The translations under genes and the position numbers were made by a program. 64,000 nt of DNA from Myxococcales bacterium (GTDB lineage: Bacteria > Myxococcota_A > Polyangia > Polyangiales > Polyangiaceae). The notes beneath the pieces are model-generated. The model was not told the DNA's origin. It did no database searches and saw nothing but the letters and a program-made list of their open reading frames with translations. Of this stretch, positions 1-9,452 are shown piece after piece. Location: contig JAYTOU010000023.1 of the NCBI GenBank assembly GCA_043747615.1, positions 96,001-160,000 of the forward strand, read 5' to 3'. How positions within the stretch are numbered: the first letter of the stretch is position 1; each line of letters starts with the position of its first letter.

Positions 1-722
1 GTCATGAGCCGCTGCCGCGTGAGGAGCTCCCAGAGAACGATGCCCATGGCGAAGATGTCGGCGCGCTGATCGATGGGACCGGCCATCGCTTGCTCGGGCG
101 ACATGTACGCGACCTTGCCCTTGAGAACGCCGACCTCGGTTTCCGTCGAGCTCAAAGCTGCCTTGGCGATACCGAAATCGACGACCTTCACCTGACCGCC
201 GTAGGTCACGAAAATATTGTGAGGGCTGATGTCTCGATGAATGATGTTCAGCGGGCGACCGTCGTAGTCGGCGAGCTCGTGGGCGTGATTCAGCCCCGCG
301 AGTGCGTCCGAGATCACGCGGGCGCAGAAGCACTGATCGAAGACTTGGTTCCGCTTCACGGCCTCGCGGATGACTTTGTTGAGCGGCTGCCCCTCGAGGT
401 ACTCCATGGCGATGAAGTACACGCCGTCTTGGTCGCCTACCTCGTAGGTGTGAACGACGTTGGGGTGATTGAGCCTCGCGGCCAGGCGCGCCTCGTCGAG
501 GAACATTTCCCGAAACTGGGGATCGTCTGCCAACGCGGCGCGAAGGCGCTTGACCACGGCGAGCTTGTTGAATCCCATCGGCCCGCGCGCGACCGAAAGG
601 AAGACGTCGGCCATCCCGCCGCGGCCCAAGCTCGCGAACAAATTGTATTTGCCGAATGAAGCGGCGGACGCGTCTCCGAGCCCTTCCACCGCGTCTTGGC
701 CCTGTCCGGCGGCCGCACCCAT
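1..722 (-). CDS. Hanks-type Ser/Thr protein kinase, N-terminal part (runs off window start)
   Basis: Manual translation from ATG at 722: LGRGGMADVF (Gly loop), AVVK, HPNVV, HRDISPHN, VKVVDFG, YMSPEQ, D-IFAMG. Not in the ORF track because it has no stop in the window. Confidence 0.92.
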   Translation of the reverse strand, partial: MGAAAGQGQDAVEGLGDASAASFGKYNLFASLGRGGMADVFLSVARGPMGFNKLAVVKRLRAALADDPQFREMFLDEARLAARLNHPNVVHTYEVGDQDGVYFIAMEYLEGQPLNKVIREAVKRNQVFDQCFCARVISDALAGLNHAHELADYDGRPLNIIHRDISPHNIFVTYGGQVKVVDFGIAKAALSSTETEVGVLKGKVAYMSPEQAMAGPIDQRADIFAMGIVLWELLTRQRLM

Positions 723-774
723 CTAGGTAGGAGTATCACGTTTCGAGAATGCGAGCCCTCAAGTGTGTCGGCCC

Positions 775-1986
775 CTATCGCACCTCGACGTCGTATCCCC
801 GGGCGCGAAGAGCGGCTTGGACCTCGGCGACGTGCTCGAACCCCCGCGTTTCGAGGACGAGCTGCACAACGGCCTCATTCAGCTCGGTGTTCGCGAAGGT
901 TCGGTCGTGTTGGATCTGGACGATGTTGGCCCTCACCTCAGCCACGGCCTGCGTGAGCTTGGCGAGCGAGCCGGTCACGTCCTGCACCTTCACGAGGAGA
1001 CGCACCATGCGCCCTGACTTCACCAAGCCCCGCTCGATGATCCGGCTGATCATGGTGACGTCGATATTTCCCCCGCAGACCACGACGGCCACCTTCTTCC
1101 CCGCGAGCGGTAGCCGATGATGGAGGAGCGCGGCGAGGGGTGCGGCTCCGGCTCCTTCGGCCACTGTTTTCTCTCGCTCGAGAAGCATCAGGATCGCCTC
1201 CGCGATTTCTTCCTCGTCGACCGAGACCACCGCGTCCACGTAACGCTGGACGAGCTCGAGGGTCCGCTCACCGACCCGCCGAACCGCGATGCCTTCGGCG
1301 ATGGTCCGCTTGGCGTCGATCGTCACCGGATGTCCGCTCCTGAGCGCCTCTTGCATCGACGGAAAAGCGAGGCTCTCCACGCCATACACTTTGATCTTCG
1401 GGTTCGTCTCCTTGACGGCGAGGGCGACCCCCGCAGCGAGCCCCCCCCCGCCGATGGCGACGACGATCGCGTCGAGGTACGGGTTCTGCTCGAGGAGCTC
1501 GAGGCCGATCGTCCCCTGCCCGGCGATGATCAGATCGTCGTCGAAGGGATGAACGAACAGCCGCTTTTCGAGGGCCTGGATGCGCAAGGCTTCCTCGTGT
1601 GCCTCGTCGAAGTTCGCGCCGTGGAGGATGACCTGCCCGCCGAAATCACGTGTACTTTGCACCTTGATCAGCGGCGTGGTCACGGGCATGACGATTTTCG
1701 CGTCGATGCCGAGTCGCGTGGCGTGGTAGGCGATTCCCTGGGCATGATTGCCGGCGCTCGCGCAGATGACCCCGCGGGCGCGCTCCGCGTCGGTGAGCGA
1801 TTTGAGCTTGTTGCAGGCGCCGCGCTCTTTGAAGGAGCCTGTCATCTGGAGGTTCTCGAGCTTCAGCCAGCACTTGGTACCGGTGGCCCGACTGAGCGTC
1901 TCGCTGTACGCGCACGGCGAGAGAAAAATGCTGTCCCCGATGCGCCTACGAGCCTGCTCTACATCTGCGAAGGTGATCACGCTCAT
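775..1986 (-). CDS. ilvA: Threonine ammonia-lyase (PLP-dependent, C-terminal ACT domain)
   Basis: KLENLQMTGSFKERGA, SAGNHAQG, IGGGGL, VVCGGNID motifs; start taken at MSVITF (ATG 1986). Confidence 0.92.
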   Translation of the reverse strand: MSVITFADVEQARRRIGDSIFLSPCAYSETLSRATGTKCWLKLENLQMTGSFKERGACNKLKSLTDAERARGVICASAGNHAQGIAYHATRLGIDAKIVMPVTTPLIKVQSTRDFGGQVILHGANFDEAHEEALRIQALEKRLFVHPFDDDLIIAGQGTIGLELLEQNPYLDAIVVAIGGGGLAAGVALAVKETNPKIKVYGVESLAFPSMQEALRSGHPVTIDAKRTIAEGIAVRRVGERTLELVQRYVDAVVSVDEEEIAEAILMLLEREKTVAEGAGAAPLAALLHHRLPLAGKKVAVVVCGGNIDVTMISRIIERGLVKSGRMVRLLVKVQDVTGSLAKLTQAVAEVRANIVQIQHDRTFANTELNEAVVQLVLETRGFEHVAEVQAALRARGYDVEVR

Positions 1987-2069
1987 GCATTCTACGCGCC
2001 TTTTGGTTGACGCGGGGGCGAGGGGGCGGCACGAACGCGCTTTGGGTTTGCCGAGACTCGCGAGGAGAA

Positions 2070-2639
2070 ATGACCGGGAAATCAAAGCATAAAATCCGGC
2101 ACCGCGTCCGAATGGGCTTGGTCGTTGTCCTCGCAGGCGCGCTCCTCGGCTCGGCGGGGCTCGCTCTCGCCGGTCCTGAAGATCGAAGCGTCGCGGAGTC
2201 GATCCTCACGAAGCTCGATGCCGACGCCGCGCACAAGAGCCTCACGGTCGATGCGTCGACGCGGGCTCGTGCGGCGCTCGAGCGTGGTACCCGGATGCGA
2301 GCCGCGGGGGACGAGCCGCATGCGAGGCTCGCCGATGGCTTGGCCCGCGAGTGGGCGGAGCTGGCGCGGGATCTCGTGGCCACGGCGGATCTCGAGAAGA
2401 AGGCCGCCGATACCCGGCGCGCGGCAACCGATGCGGGCGCCCACGCGGAACGTGAGCGGGCGCTCCTCGACGAAGGCATTGCCCAGAATGGACGACTGCG
2501 GGCACAGCTCGAAGCGGCCGAGCGCGAGCACGAGCCCGAGAAGACCGCGAAGGTCGGTGCTTCCCTCGATGCTGGAGCGGCTCCGTTGCCGGCGAAAAAA
2601 ATGATGCTGAAGGCTCCTCTCTCCGACGGAGGCCGCTGA
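2070..2639 (+). CDS. Secreted helical/coiled-coil hypothetical protein (DUF4398-like)
   Basis: AGGAG RBS before ATG 2070; signal-peptide-like hydrophobic stretch; Ala/Glu/Arg-rich helices; stop overlaps next start (TGATG). Confidence 0.65.
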   Translation: MTGKSKHKIRHRVRMGLVVVLAGALLGSAGLALAGPEDRSVAESILTKLDADAAHKSLTVDASTRARAALERGTRMRAAGDEPHARLADGLAREWAELARDLVATADLEKKAADTRRAATDAGAHAERERALLDEGIAQNGRLRAQLEAAEREHEPEKTAKVGASLDAGAAPLPAKKMMLKAPLSDGGR

Positions 2640-3787
2640 TGCGAACTACCACGATTTTGGCTCTCGTTGCGCTCACGGCCGGTACGCTCACGGGGGCGCT
2701 CACCGGATGTGGCGGATCTCCTCCGCGTATGTCTTCCATGGCCGATATGGAGCGCGCGCGATCAAGCCCCGGTGCACGTGAAGGCGCAGCGCTCGCTCCG
2801 CAAACCTACGCCGCCGCAGAAGACGCACGGAAGCGCTCGCTCGCCGCCGCGGAGGCGGGCGACGATTCTGCTGCCGGTCTCTACGCCGATCGCGCCCTCG
2901 CCGGGTACCAGCACGCCCTCATCCAAGCCAGGCTCGCTCGGGCCACTGTGGCCGAAGGAGAAGCGGCGACTTCGCTCTCCAATACCGACGCCGAAGCCCG
3001 AAAAACGGCCCAAGCCCGCACCGAGATCGATCGCGACGGTGAGGAGCTCGACAAGAAACTGAAGATCGTGCGCGAGACCCTAGCGCCGTCACCGAGTGGT
3101 CCGGCCGATCCTTCGCGTGAAGCTGCGCGTCTCGTCGCGGCCCGGGGGCTCGCCGTTCAAGCGCGTCTCCTGTGCGGTGCTGCGCGCCTGCTTTCACCGT
3201 CGCTCCCGAACCTCGCGGAGAGCGAGAAGGAGCTCGCTGACCTAGAAAAGAAGCTCGACGAGGGCGGGTCCACGGCGAGAGCCGCGAAGCCAGCTCCGAT
3301 CGATCCGGCAGCGCGTGTGCGCGCGGCGTGTCTGTCCGTGCTCACCCGAGCGCGTCGAAGCGCCGACAAAGCGAGCGTCGGTCAGGCCGATGGGCTTCTC
3401 ACCGAGCTTTCTGCCACGGGCGCGTGGGCCCCGATCCACGACGAGCGTGGCGTCGTGGTGACCCTCCGCGACGCCTTCAAGGGAACGGCGCTCACTCCCG
3501 CCGCCGACACGAAGTTGAAAGAGCTCGGCCGGGTCCTCGCGGCGCATCCGGGGTTCGCCGTGCAGGTCGTCATCCACGACGCTTCGCAGCCGTCGGCGCA
3601 GGAAAGCACCGCGGATGCGCAGCGCGCCGATGCTTCGGTGAAGGCGATCGCCAGCGGAGCCGGGAGCTCGGACAAAGTGAAGGCCGAGATGGCCGGCGCT
3701 CGCTCGCCCCTCGTCGATCCCAGTGATGCTCGCCACCGCACCCGCAACGCGCGGATGGACGTAGTGTTCGTCACGCCCGGGAGCTGA
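2639..3787 (+). CDS. Lipoprotein with helical N-terminal region and degenerate C-terminal OmpA-like domain
   Basis: Lipobox LTGC; C-terminal DERGVVVTL...F and RNARMDVVF resemble OmpA_C. Confidence 0.7.
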   Translation: MRTTTILALVALTAGTLTGALTGCGGSPPRMSSMADMERARSSPGAREGAALAPQTYAAAEDARKRSLAAAEAGDDSAAGLYADRALAGYQHALIQARLARATVAEGEAATSLSNTDAEARKTAQARTEIDRDGEELDKKLKIVRETLAPSPSGPADPSREAARLVAARGLAVQARLLCGAARLLSPSLPNLAESEKELADLEKKLDEGGSTARAAKPAPIDPAARVRAACLSVLTRARRSADKASVGQADGLLTELSATGAWAPIHDERGVVVTLRDAFKGTALTPAADTKLKELGRVLAAHPGFAVQVVIHDASQPSAQESTADAQRADASVKAIASGAGSSDKVKAEMAGARSPLVDPSDARHRTRNARMDVVFVTPGS

Positions 3788-3790
3788 GCT

Positions 3791-4483
3791 TCACTGGACG
3801 AGCTTGTAGCCGTACCCGTACACCGTCAAAATGTGCACCGGCTTGTCGGGCGACGGCTCGATCTTTTTCCGCAGCTTGACGATGAAGTTGTCGACGGTGC
3901 GGTTGGTGGTCACCGACTCGAGGCCCCAGATCTTCGAGAGGATTTCGTCTCGGCTCACGGGTTGGCCCGCGCGCTCGGCGAGTAGACGCAGCAGCTCGAC
4001 CTCGTAGAAAGAAAGCTGCACGCTCTCTCCGTTGGTGGTGAGCGTGTGCGCCGTCAGGTTCACCTGCGAGCCTCCGATCTCCACGAGCTCCGCGACTCCG
4101 CCGCTTCGAGCCGCCCGCCGAAAGATGGCGCGCATCCGGGCTATGAGCTCGTTCACGCTGAAAGGCTTGGTGACGTAGTCGTCGGCGCCGGAGTCCAGGC
4201 CTCGTATTTTGTCGGTCTCCTGCGATCGCGCGGTGAGCATCACGATGGGCACGAAGGCGTTCCAGCGTCGAATGTCCTCGCAGACCGCGTAGCCGTTCAT
4301 GTCTGGGAGCATGAGATCGAGAATGACTGCGTCGGGGCTCTCGGTCTTGGCGAGCGTCACCCCTTCCCTCCCCTTGCCCGCCGACACAACGCGAAAGCCC
4401 TCGAACTCCAGCGCGTCGCGAAGTCCGAGGACGATCTGCGGTTCATCTTCGATGACGAGGATGGTTTTCTTGAGAGACGCCAA
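3791..4483 (-). CDS. OmpR/PhoB-family response regulator
   Basis: IEDE, LDLMLP, MLTA, DDYVTKPF receiver motifs; C-terminal RTVDNFIVKLRKKIE...TVYGYGY winged helix. Confidence 0.95.
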   Translation of the reverse strand: MASLKKTILVIEDEPQIVLGLRDALEFEGFRVVSAGKGREGVTLAKTESPDAVILDLMLPDMNGYAVCEDIRRWNAFVPIVMLTARSQETDKIRGLDSGADDYVTKPFSVNELIARMRAIFRRAARSGGVAELVEIGGSQVNLTAHTLTTNGESVQLSFYEVELLRLLAERAGQPVSRDEILSKIWGLESVTTNRTVDNFIVKLRKKIEPSPDKPVHILTVYGYGYKLVQ

Positions 4484-4502
4484 GCTGTTCGGAGGTTAGC
4501 GG

Positions 4503-4973
4503 TCAGGGCGCGGGGCAGCCAGCTTCGATCCACTCGAAGAAAAGTGCGGGCAACCGAGGCTCGAACTTCTCGGTAGGAGGCATGCGCGCGCCGCTGATGC
4601 CACCGTCCCCGAGAAGCTTCAAGTACAGATAGCTCGCGCTTGGATCACCCGGCCTTGCGCGGAGCAACGACGGGCGCTCGGAGGAGGGCGCGTCGATCAA
4701 ATACCGAGCCTCATCGCCCGGCGGAAACGTGAGCCCGGCTGCACCGCTCGAGTGGCAGCCTTCGATTCCGTTGCATCCAGACAGGAAAATCTGGGTTCGC
4801 TTGCCGAGTGACGCATCGAGGGTGAAAGGGTCCCCGCTATCGATATCGCCAAATACATCGTGGCTATCGATTCCCGCGTCCTCACCGTGAACCGCGGACT
4901 CACGCGCGCAACCGGCCACACAAAAGACGAACCCCGCACAAAACATGGTGCTTGCGCGGAGTACGAGAACCAC
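4503..4973 (-). CDS. Hypothetical lipoprotein, possible atypical c-type cytochrome
   Basis: VAGC lipobox; CNGIEGCH, PGDPSASYLYLKL, RMP and WIEAG motifs resemble planctomycete-type cytochrome c domains; start uncertain (4973 or 4946). Confidence 0.55.
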   Translation of the reverse strand: MVLVLRASTMFCAGFVFCVAGCARESAVHGEDAGIDSHDVFGDIDSGDPFTLDASLGKRTQIFLSGCNGIEGCHSSGAAGLTFPPGDEARYLIDAPSSERPSLLRARPGDPSASYLYLKLLGDGGISGARMPPTEKFEPRLPALFFEWIEAGCPAP

Positions 4974-4986
4974 TTGTTTCCGTGAA

Positions 4987-7278
4987 TCAGCCGCCGTCGC
5001 CGGTCGCACTTTGTTGGATGCACTGCAAGCTCACCTTAGCGCCAACGCCAGGGTTTCCGGCGGTCGAGAACTTGATGGCCTGCGGGCAGGTGCCGCCCGT
5101 TGCTCCTTCGGTGAGGTAGCACCAGCCGGGCTTAGGAGAGTCGGCGCACGAGTCGTTCACGAAGTCCTTCTTCGTGAGCTGAGTGACTTGGCAAACCGGA
5201 CCCATCTGTTCGCCGGCGTCACCGCCGTTGGCTGCGTTCACGCCTTCGATGAACTTCGCCAAGACTGCGGGGTCCGGCTGGGTGAGCCCCTTCGCCGGGT
5301 CGCATGCGTTCCCCTGATTCAGGCCAGGCGCAGCTGCGAGGGTCTCCAAGATGAGGCAGGGCACATTGCCGGTCTCGTCCGCGGTGAGCGCCTCGGGGAG
5401 GCACTGGTTGGCGAGCGCGTTCTTCAAGCGATCGACGATTGCGCGCACGGCGGGACGGTAGCCGTAATCGGGGTTCGTCGTGTCGCTCGGCTCACGCGGG
5501 CACAGAGAGGCGACGATCGACTGCTCGCCAAGCTTGTTGGCGACCTGGAGCTCCTGGACAGTCGGATATGCCTTTCCGAGGATCTGGGTGGTCTTCGGAT
5601 TCGCAGTGCCGTCGCCGCACAGCGGTGACGCCGTTGCGGTCTGGCAGTCGCACGCGCCGTGGTTTGCGATCAACGTGCAGTCCTTCGGCGCCGGGAGCTT
5701 GAAGGTGCATGCAAACTGTAGCCGCAAATCGGCGCTGGTCGGTTGCCACTCGTTGGTGTGCACATCGTCAGCACCCACACCGGCCCGCGGGGTGGCCGAC
5801 TCGAGCATGTGCTTGTCGATGCCCGACGTGTCGTAGTTCGCCGGATCTTTTCCGAGAATACGCGTCCAGTCGTCCACGTTTAGCGACGCCTTGAAGGGGG
5901 CCTTGTTGCCGGCCGTCATGTTCGTCGGATCCTCCGTGAGGAGCTGCCACGGCACGCCGCCGATGATCGCGTAGAAGACGAGGTCGGCCGTGCGGGGCCC
6001 GGGCGTAAGATGGCAGAGATCGGCGGTGGGGCTGGTGGGCAGATTCGTCGAGAAGAGCGGGTTCGAGCAGTTCGCTGTGCCCACGTAGTTGAAGCCTTTG
6101 CCTGCGGGGTGCTCGCCGTTGCGATCGGGCACCTGACGCGCGCTCAGGCCTTTGACATAGCGATCGATCGGGAAGCGCGGGTCATATCCGAAACGCTCCT
6201 TGGGCTTGTAGAAGCGGTCGTTGATGCCGTCGGTGGTGTCGTCGAGCGCCGTGGTGCATCCGGTATCGCCCCCCGTGCCCATCAAGTAACACGACTGGCA
6301 CTTTGGGTCGTTCGGAGCCGTCGCGCAGATCTGCGTGCCACCTTTCACGTGCGTGGACTGCTCGTAGTACCAAGCGTGACCGCCGAAGCTTAGGGGGTCG
6401 ACCGTCGACTCGTTTTCGTCCGTGAGCAGGATGACCGCAACGAGCGAATCGGGACGTAGGAAATCATGACGCTGCTTGAGGAGATCGCCATCGACTCCAT
6501 CGAGAACCGCGACGTCCCCGTTCTTCTTGATCGTCGCGTACGGATCGGGCTGAATCAGGAAGCGGTACCACGACTCGAGCTGGGCTTCGTAGCCGCAGCC
6601 GTGCTCGTGGGTTCCGACCACCATGTCCTTGAAGTCATTTACGAGGACGGCTGGATCGGAGAGCGCCGGCACGGGGGGGGCGGGCTTGCCCATGTTCGCC
6701 GGGGCGACCGACGGCGGCGGTAGCCAGGCCAGGAAGTTCACGGGCTTCGCGTCGTTCACGAGGTGCTCGTCGTCACCGCCACGGTTGAGCAAGTGCCCAG
6801 AGTCGTCGTTGTGGCCGTTCAGCGCCGGGTTCGTCTCGTTCACGTTCGCTACCGAGCAGGCATCCGAGCCGCGACCGCCGAGGGACGAGGACAGGATGCC
6901 GATGTGCATGTCATGCACCGGTGGGAACTCGATTTTCGTACCGTCCGGGCATTTTCCGCCGGCGGACACGGACTTAGCCGCCCCCGAGGTGTCGACGCAG
7001 TTGGGCGTAACAAGGCGGGTGATCAGGTCGGGGACCGCCGCGGCGAAGAGGGACTGCTTGTCCCCCATGGACGCCGAGTTGTCGATCGTGAAGAGGAGAT
7101 CGATTTTGTCGATCGCGGCCTGGCGCACGACGGCGGTGAAGTTCGTCTTCGTCGTCGGCTCCTGGTGCGTGACTGGCCGGCTAAGGCAGCCGCCTCCGGC
7201 GAGGCTTACGCCACCGAGGATTGAAGCCACCATCAGCCCGCGGCTAAGTACGCGCAAGGTCGATTTCTTCTCGTTCAT
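4987..7278 (-). CDS. Large Cys-rich lipoprotein with vWA-like MIDAS motif
   Basis: Signal peptide ending GGGC; IDLLFTIDNSASM (DxSxS), LTDENE; many paired cysteines. Confidence 0.75.
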   Translation of the reverse strand: MNEKKSTLRVLSRGLMVASILGGVSLAGGGCLSRPVTHQEPTTKTNFTAVVRQAAIDKIDLLFTIDNSASMGDKQSLFAAAVPDLITRLVTPNCVDTSGAAKSVSAGGKCPDGTKIEFPPVHDMHIGILSSSLGGRGSDACSVANVNETNPALNGHNDDSGHLLNRGGDDEHLVNDAKPVNFLAWLPPPSVAPANMGKPAPPVPALSDPAVLVNDFKDMVVGTHEHGCGYEAQLESWYRFLIQPDPYATIKKNGDVAVLDGVDGDLLKQRHDFLRPDSLVAVILLTDENESTVDPLSFGGHAWYYEQSTHVKGGTQICATAPNDPKCQSCYLMGTGGDTGCTTALDDTTDGINDRFYKPKERFGYDPRFPIDRYVKGLSARQVPDRNGEHPAGKGFNYVGTANCSNPLFSTNLPTSPTADLCHLTPGPRTADLVFYAIIGGVPWQLLTEDPTNMTAGNKAPFKASLNVDDWTRILGKDPANYDTSGIDKHMLESATPRAGVGADDVHTNEWQPTSADLRLQFACTFKLPAPKDCTLIANHGACDCQTATASPLCGDGTANPKTTQILGKAYPTVQELQVANKLGEQSIVASLCPREPSDTTNPDYGYRPAVRAIVDRLKNALANQCLPEALTADETGNVPCLILETLAAAPGLNQGNACDPAKGLTQPDPAVLAKFIEGVNAANGGDAGEQMGPVCQVTQLTKKDFVNDSCADSPKPGWCYLTEGATGGTCPQAIKFSTAGNPGVGAKVSLQCIQQSATGDGG

Positions 7279-7383
7279 GCCATGCAGTAAAGCATGTCTT
7301 ACGCCAAAAGTGGGAGTGCGTATTACGCGGTCTTTTCGCGAATCGGCGCCGGCTGCGTCGTCAACCGAGTTGGCGGAGGCCTC

Positions 7384-9315
7384 TTACGTTGGCTCGGGAC
7401 GGGGGAGTGGCTCGTTTTGAACGGGGAAGGCCTTACGCAGGGCCGCGACGTGGCGGCGGGTGACCCCAGCGACGCCGAGAAGCGTGGCGTCGTCGGCGCG
7501 CTGGATGGCCGCCAGGCTTCCGAGAGTTTTCAAGAGTGCCTTCTTCGTCACGGGCCCGATGCCCCGGATGTCGTCGAGGGCCGAGTGCATGCGGCGCGCT
7601 TTTCCGAGCCGTTTGCGCGCGAAGTTGGAGAAGCGGTGGGCCTCGTCGCGGACGCGGGCGAGAAAAAAGAGGGACGCCGAGTGGGTCTTGAGCGGAATCG
7701 GATTTTTCTGCCCCGGCAAGTAGACCCGATCGACGAGGGCCTCGCCGAGCGCGCTCTCCTTCTCCTTGGCGAGCGCCACGATCGGAAGTGCGTGGAGCCC
7801 GAGATCGTGGGCCGCGGCGAGAGCGACCGCGAGCTGCCCCCTACCCCCGTCGACGACGAAGAGATCCGGCAGATCCCACTCCAGCTCCTCGGTCGCCCTC
7901 CGGAACCTGCGCGCGAGGACCTCGTACATCGCGCCGTAGTCGTCTCCGCTGAGCCCGCGCCCTTCGGCGGAGGTGCCGTCCGCGTTTACGCCGCGCACGT
8001 TGAAGGTGCGGTAACGCTTCTTGTCGGGAAGGCCGTCGGTCATCGCCACGATCGCGCCGACGGTGTCACCACCTCCGAGATGAGAGATGTCGCAGCATTC
8101 GATCCTCCGCGGAATCGTCGGCAAACGTAGCCTCTCCTGGAGCTGGGCGAGCCGCTCCTGGACGTCGTCCGAGGTGCGGCGCTTTTCGAGAAATGCGTGG
8201 CGCGCGTTGTCATTTGCGAGGGCGAGTAGATCGACGCGAGGCCCGCGCTTCGGAAAAATAAGGAGGATCTTGTGCTGCGCTTTTTCACCGAGCCACTCTG
8301 CGATGCCGACGTGCCCTTCGGGGAGACAGGGCACGACGATCTCCTCGGGCACCGGGACGAACGGCGCATCCGGATCTTCCTCCGCGCTCGCCGAGTGGCC
8401 GTAGTGCTGGGCGAGGAAGGCGGCGACGATCTCGTCGTCCGGGATCTCCGCTCCCTTCACGGAGAAGGTGGCGACGTCGGCCAGCTTACCCGCGCGAATA
8501 TAGAGGAGCGCGAGCTCGACGAGATCTTCCTCGCGGTAGAATCCGAGCACGTCGCGATCTCCTCCGTCAGGGCTCACCACGCGCTGCGACTCGCGGATGC
8601 TGTCGATCGCGCGGAGTTGATCGCGGTATACGGCAGCGAGCTCGAAGCGCATCGTGCGCGCGCTCTCCGCCATTTTGTTGGCGATTTCGTGGAAGAGCTC
8701 GTCGTGACGGTTCTCGAGGAACATCGCCACGGAGCGCACCTGCTCGACGTACCACGCCTTGTCGACGTCGTAGACGCACGGCGCCGGGCATCGCTTGATC
8801 TGATGCTGCAAGCACGGACGCTTCCGCTGTTTGAGCTCGAGGTCGCTGCAGGTGCGAAGCTGAAAGTGCTTGTTGGTGAGGTGAAGCGTGCGCCTCGCGG
8901 CCGTCGCCGAGTGGTACGGACCGAAGTAGCGCGCGCCATCCTTCGCGGGATTGCGAACCACGTCCAGGCGGGGCCACAAGTGATCGACGCCCAGGCGAAG
9001 CGACAGGTACTCCTTGTCGTCGCGGAGCTTTACGTTGTACCGCGGGTGATGCTCCTTGATGAGCGTGTTCTCGAGGATCGTCGCCTCTTTCTCCGTGCCG
9101 GTGACGATCGTCTCGAGGTCGCCGATTGTCGTCTGGAGAAGCGGGATGAAGTAGCGGCTGTCGCTCTGCCCCGTCTGGAAATAGCTGCGAACGCGGCTCC
9201 GCAGACTCTTCGCCTTGCCCACATATAGGACGACGCCGCTTCTGTCCCTGAAGAGGTAGACGCCCGGCTGCGCGGGTAGCGACGCTAGCTTCTCGGTGAC
9301 GGCGACGGGGAGCAT
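7384..9315 (-). CDS. uvrC: Excinuclease ABC subunit C
   Basis: PGVY...YVGKAKSLRSRVRSYF (GIY-YIG), IECCDISH, VVDGGRGQ, RDEAHRF, C-terminal HhH GIGP. Confidence 0.97.
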   Translation of the reverse strand: MLPVAVTEKLASLPAQPGVYLFRDRSGVVLYVGKAKSLRSRVRSYFQTGQSDSRYFIPLLQTTIGDLETIVTGTEKEATILENTLIKEHHPRYNVKLRDDKEYLSLRLGVDHLWPRLDVVRNPAKDGARYFGPYHSATAARRTLHLTNKHFQLRTCSDLELKQRKRPCLQHQIKRCPAPCVYDVDKAWYVEQVRSVAMFLENRHDELFHEIANKMAESARTMRFELAAVYRDQLRAIDSIRESQRVVSPDGGDRDVLGFYREEDLVELALLYIRAGKLADVATFSVKGAEIPDDEIVAAFLAQHYGHSASAEEDPDAPFVPVPEEIVVPCLPEGHVGIAEWLGEKAQHKILLIFPKRGPRVDLLALANDNARHAFLEKRRTSDDVQERLAQLQERLRLPTIPRRIECCDISHLGGGDTVGAIVAMTDGLPDKKRYRTFNVRGVNADGTSAEGRGLSGDDYGAMYEVLARRFRRATEELEWDLPDLFVVDGGRGQLAVALAAAHDLGLHALPIVALAKEKESALGEALVDRVYLPGQKNPIPLKTHSASLFFLARVRDEAHRFSNFARKRLGKARRMHSALDDIRGIGPVTKKALLKTLGSLAAIQRADDATLLGVAGVTRRHVAALRKAFPVQNEPLPRPEPT

Positions 9316-9452
9316 GACCCGGTTGTTTTACCTCGAACGCCCACGCGAGGGGAGCGCACTTCCGTCCAATCACCCGCGGTGGAGCGCTGGCGGGGTCTTG
9401 GGGCGCTATGGTCCGAGACTGCAACATCGTGGACATCGAAGACTAGTTATAG

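Noticed and set aside
90..659. Plus-strand 189-aa ORF and the many other long antisense ORFs in the track
   Set aside because: They are shadows of recognisable genes on the opposite strand, expected in high-GC DNA.
9316..9452. LexA/SOS box upstream of uvrC
   Set aside because: No convincing match to an SOS box I can support.
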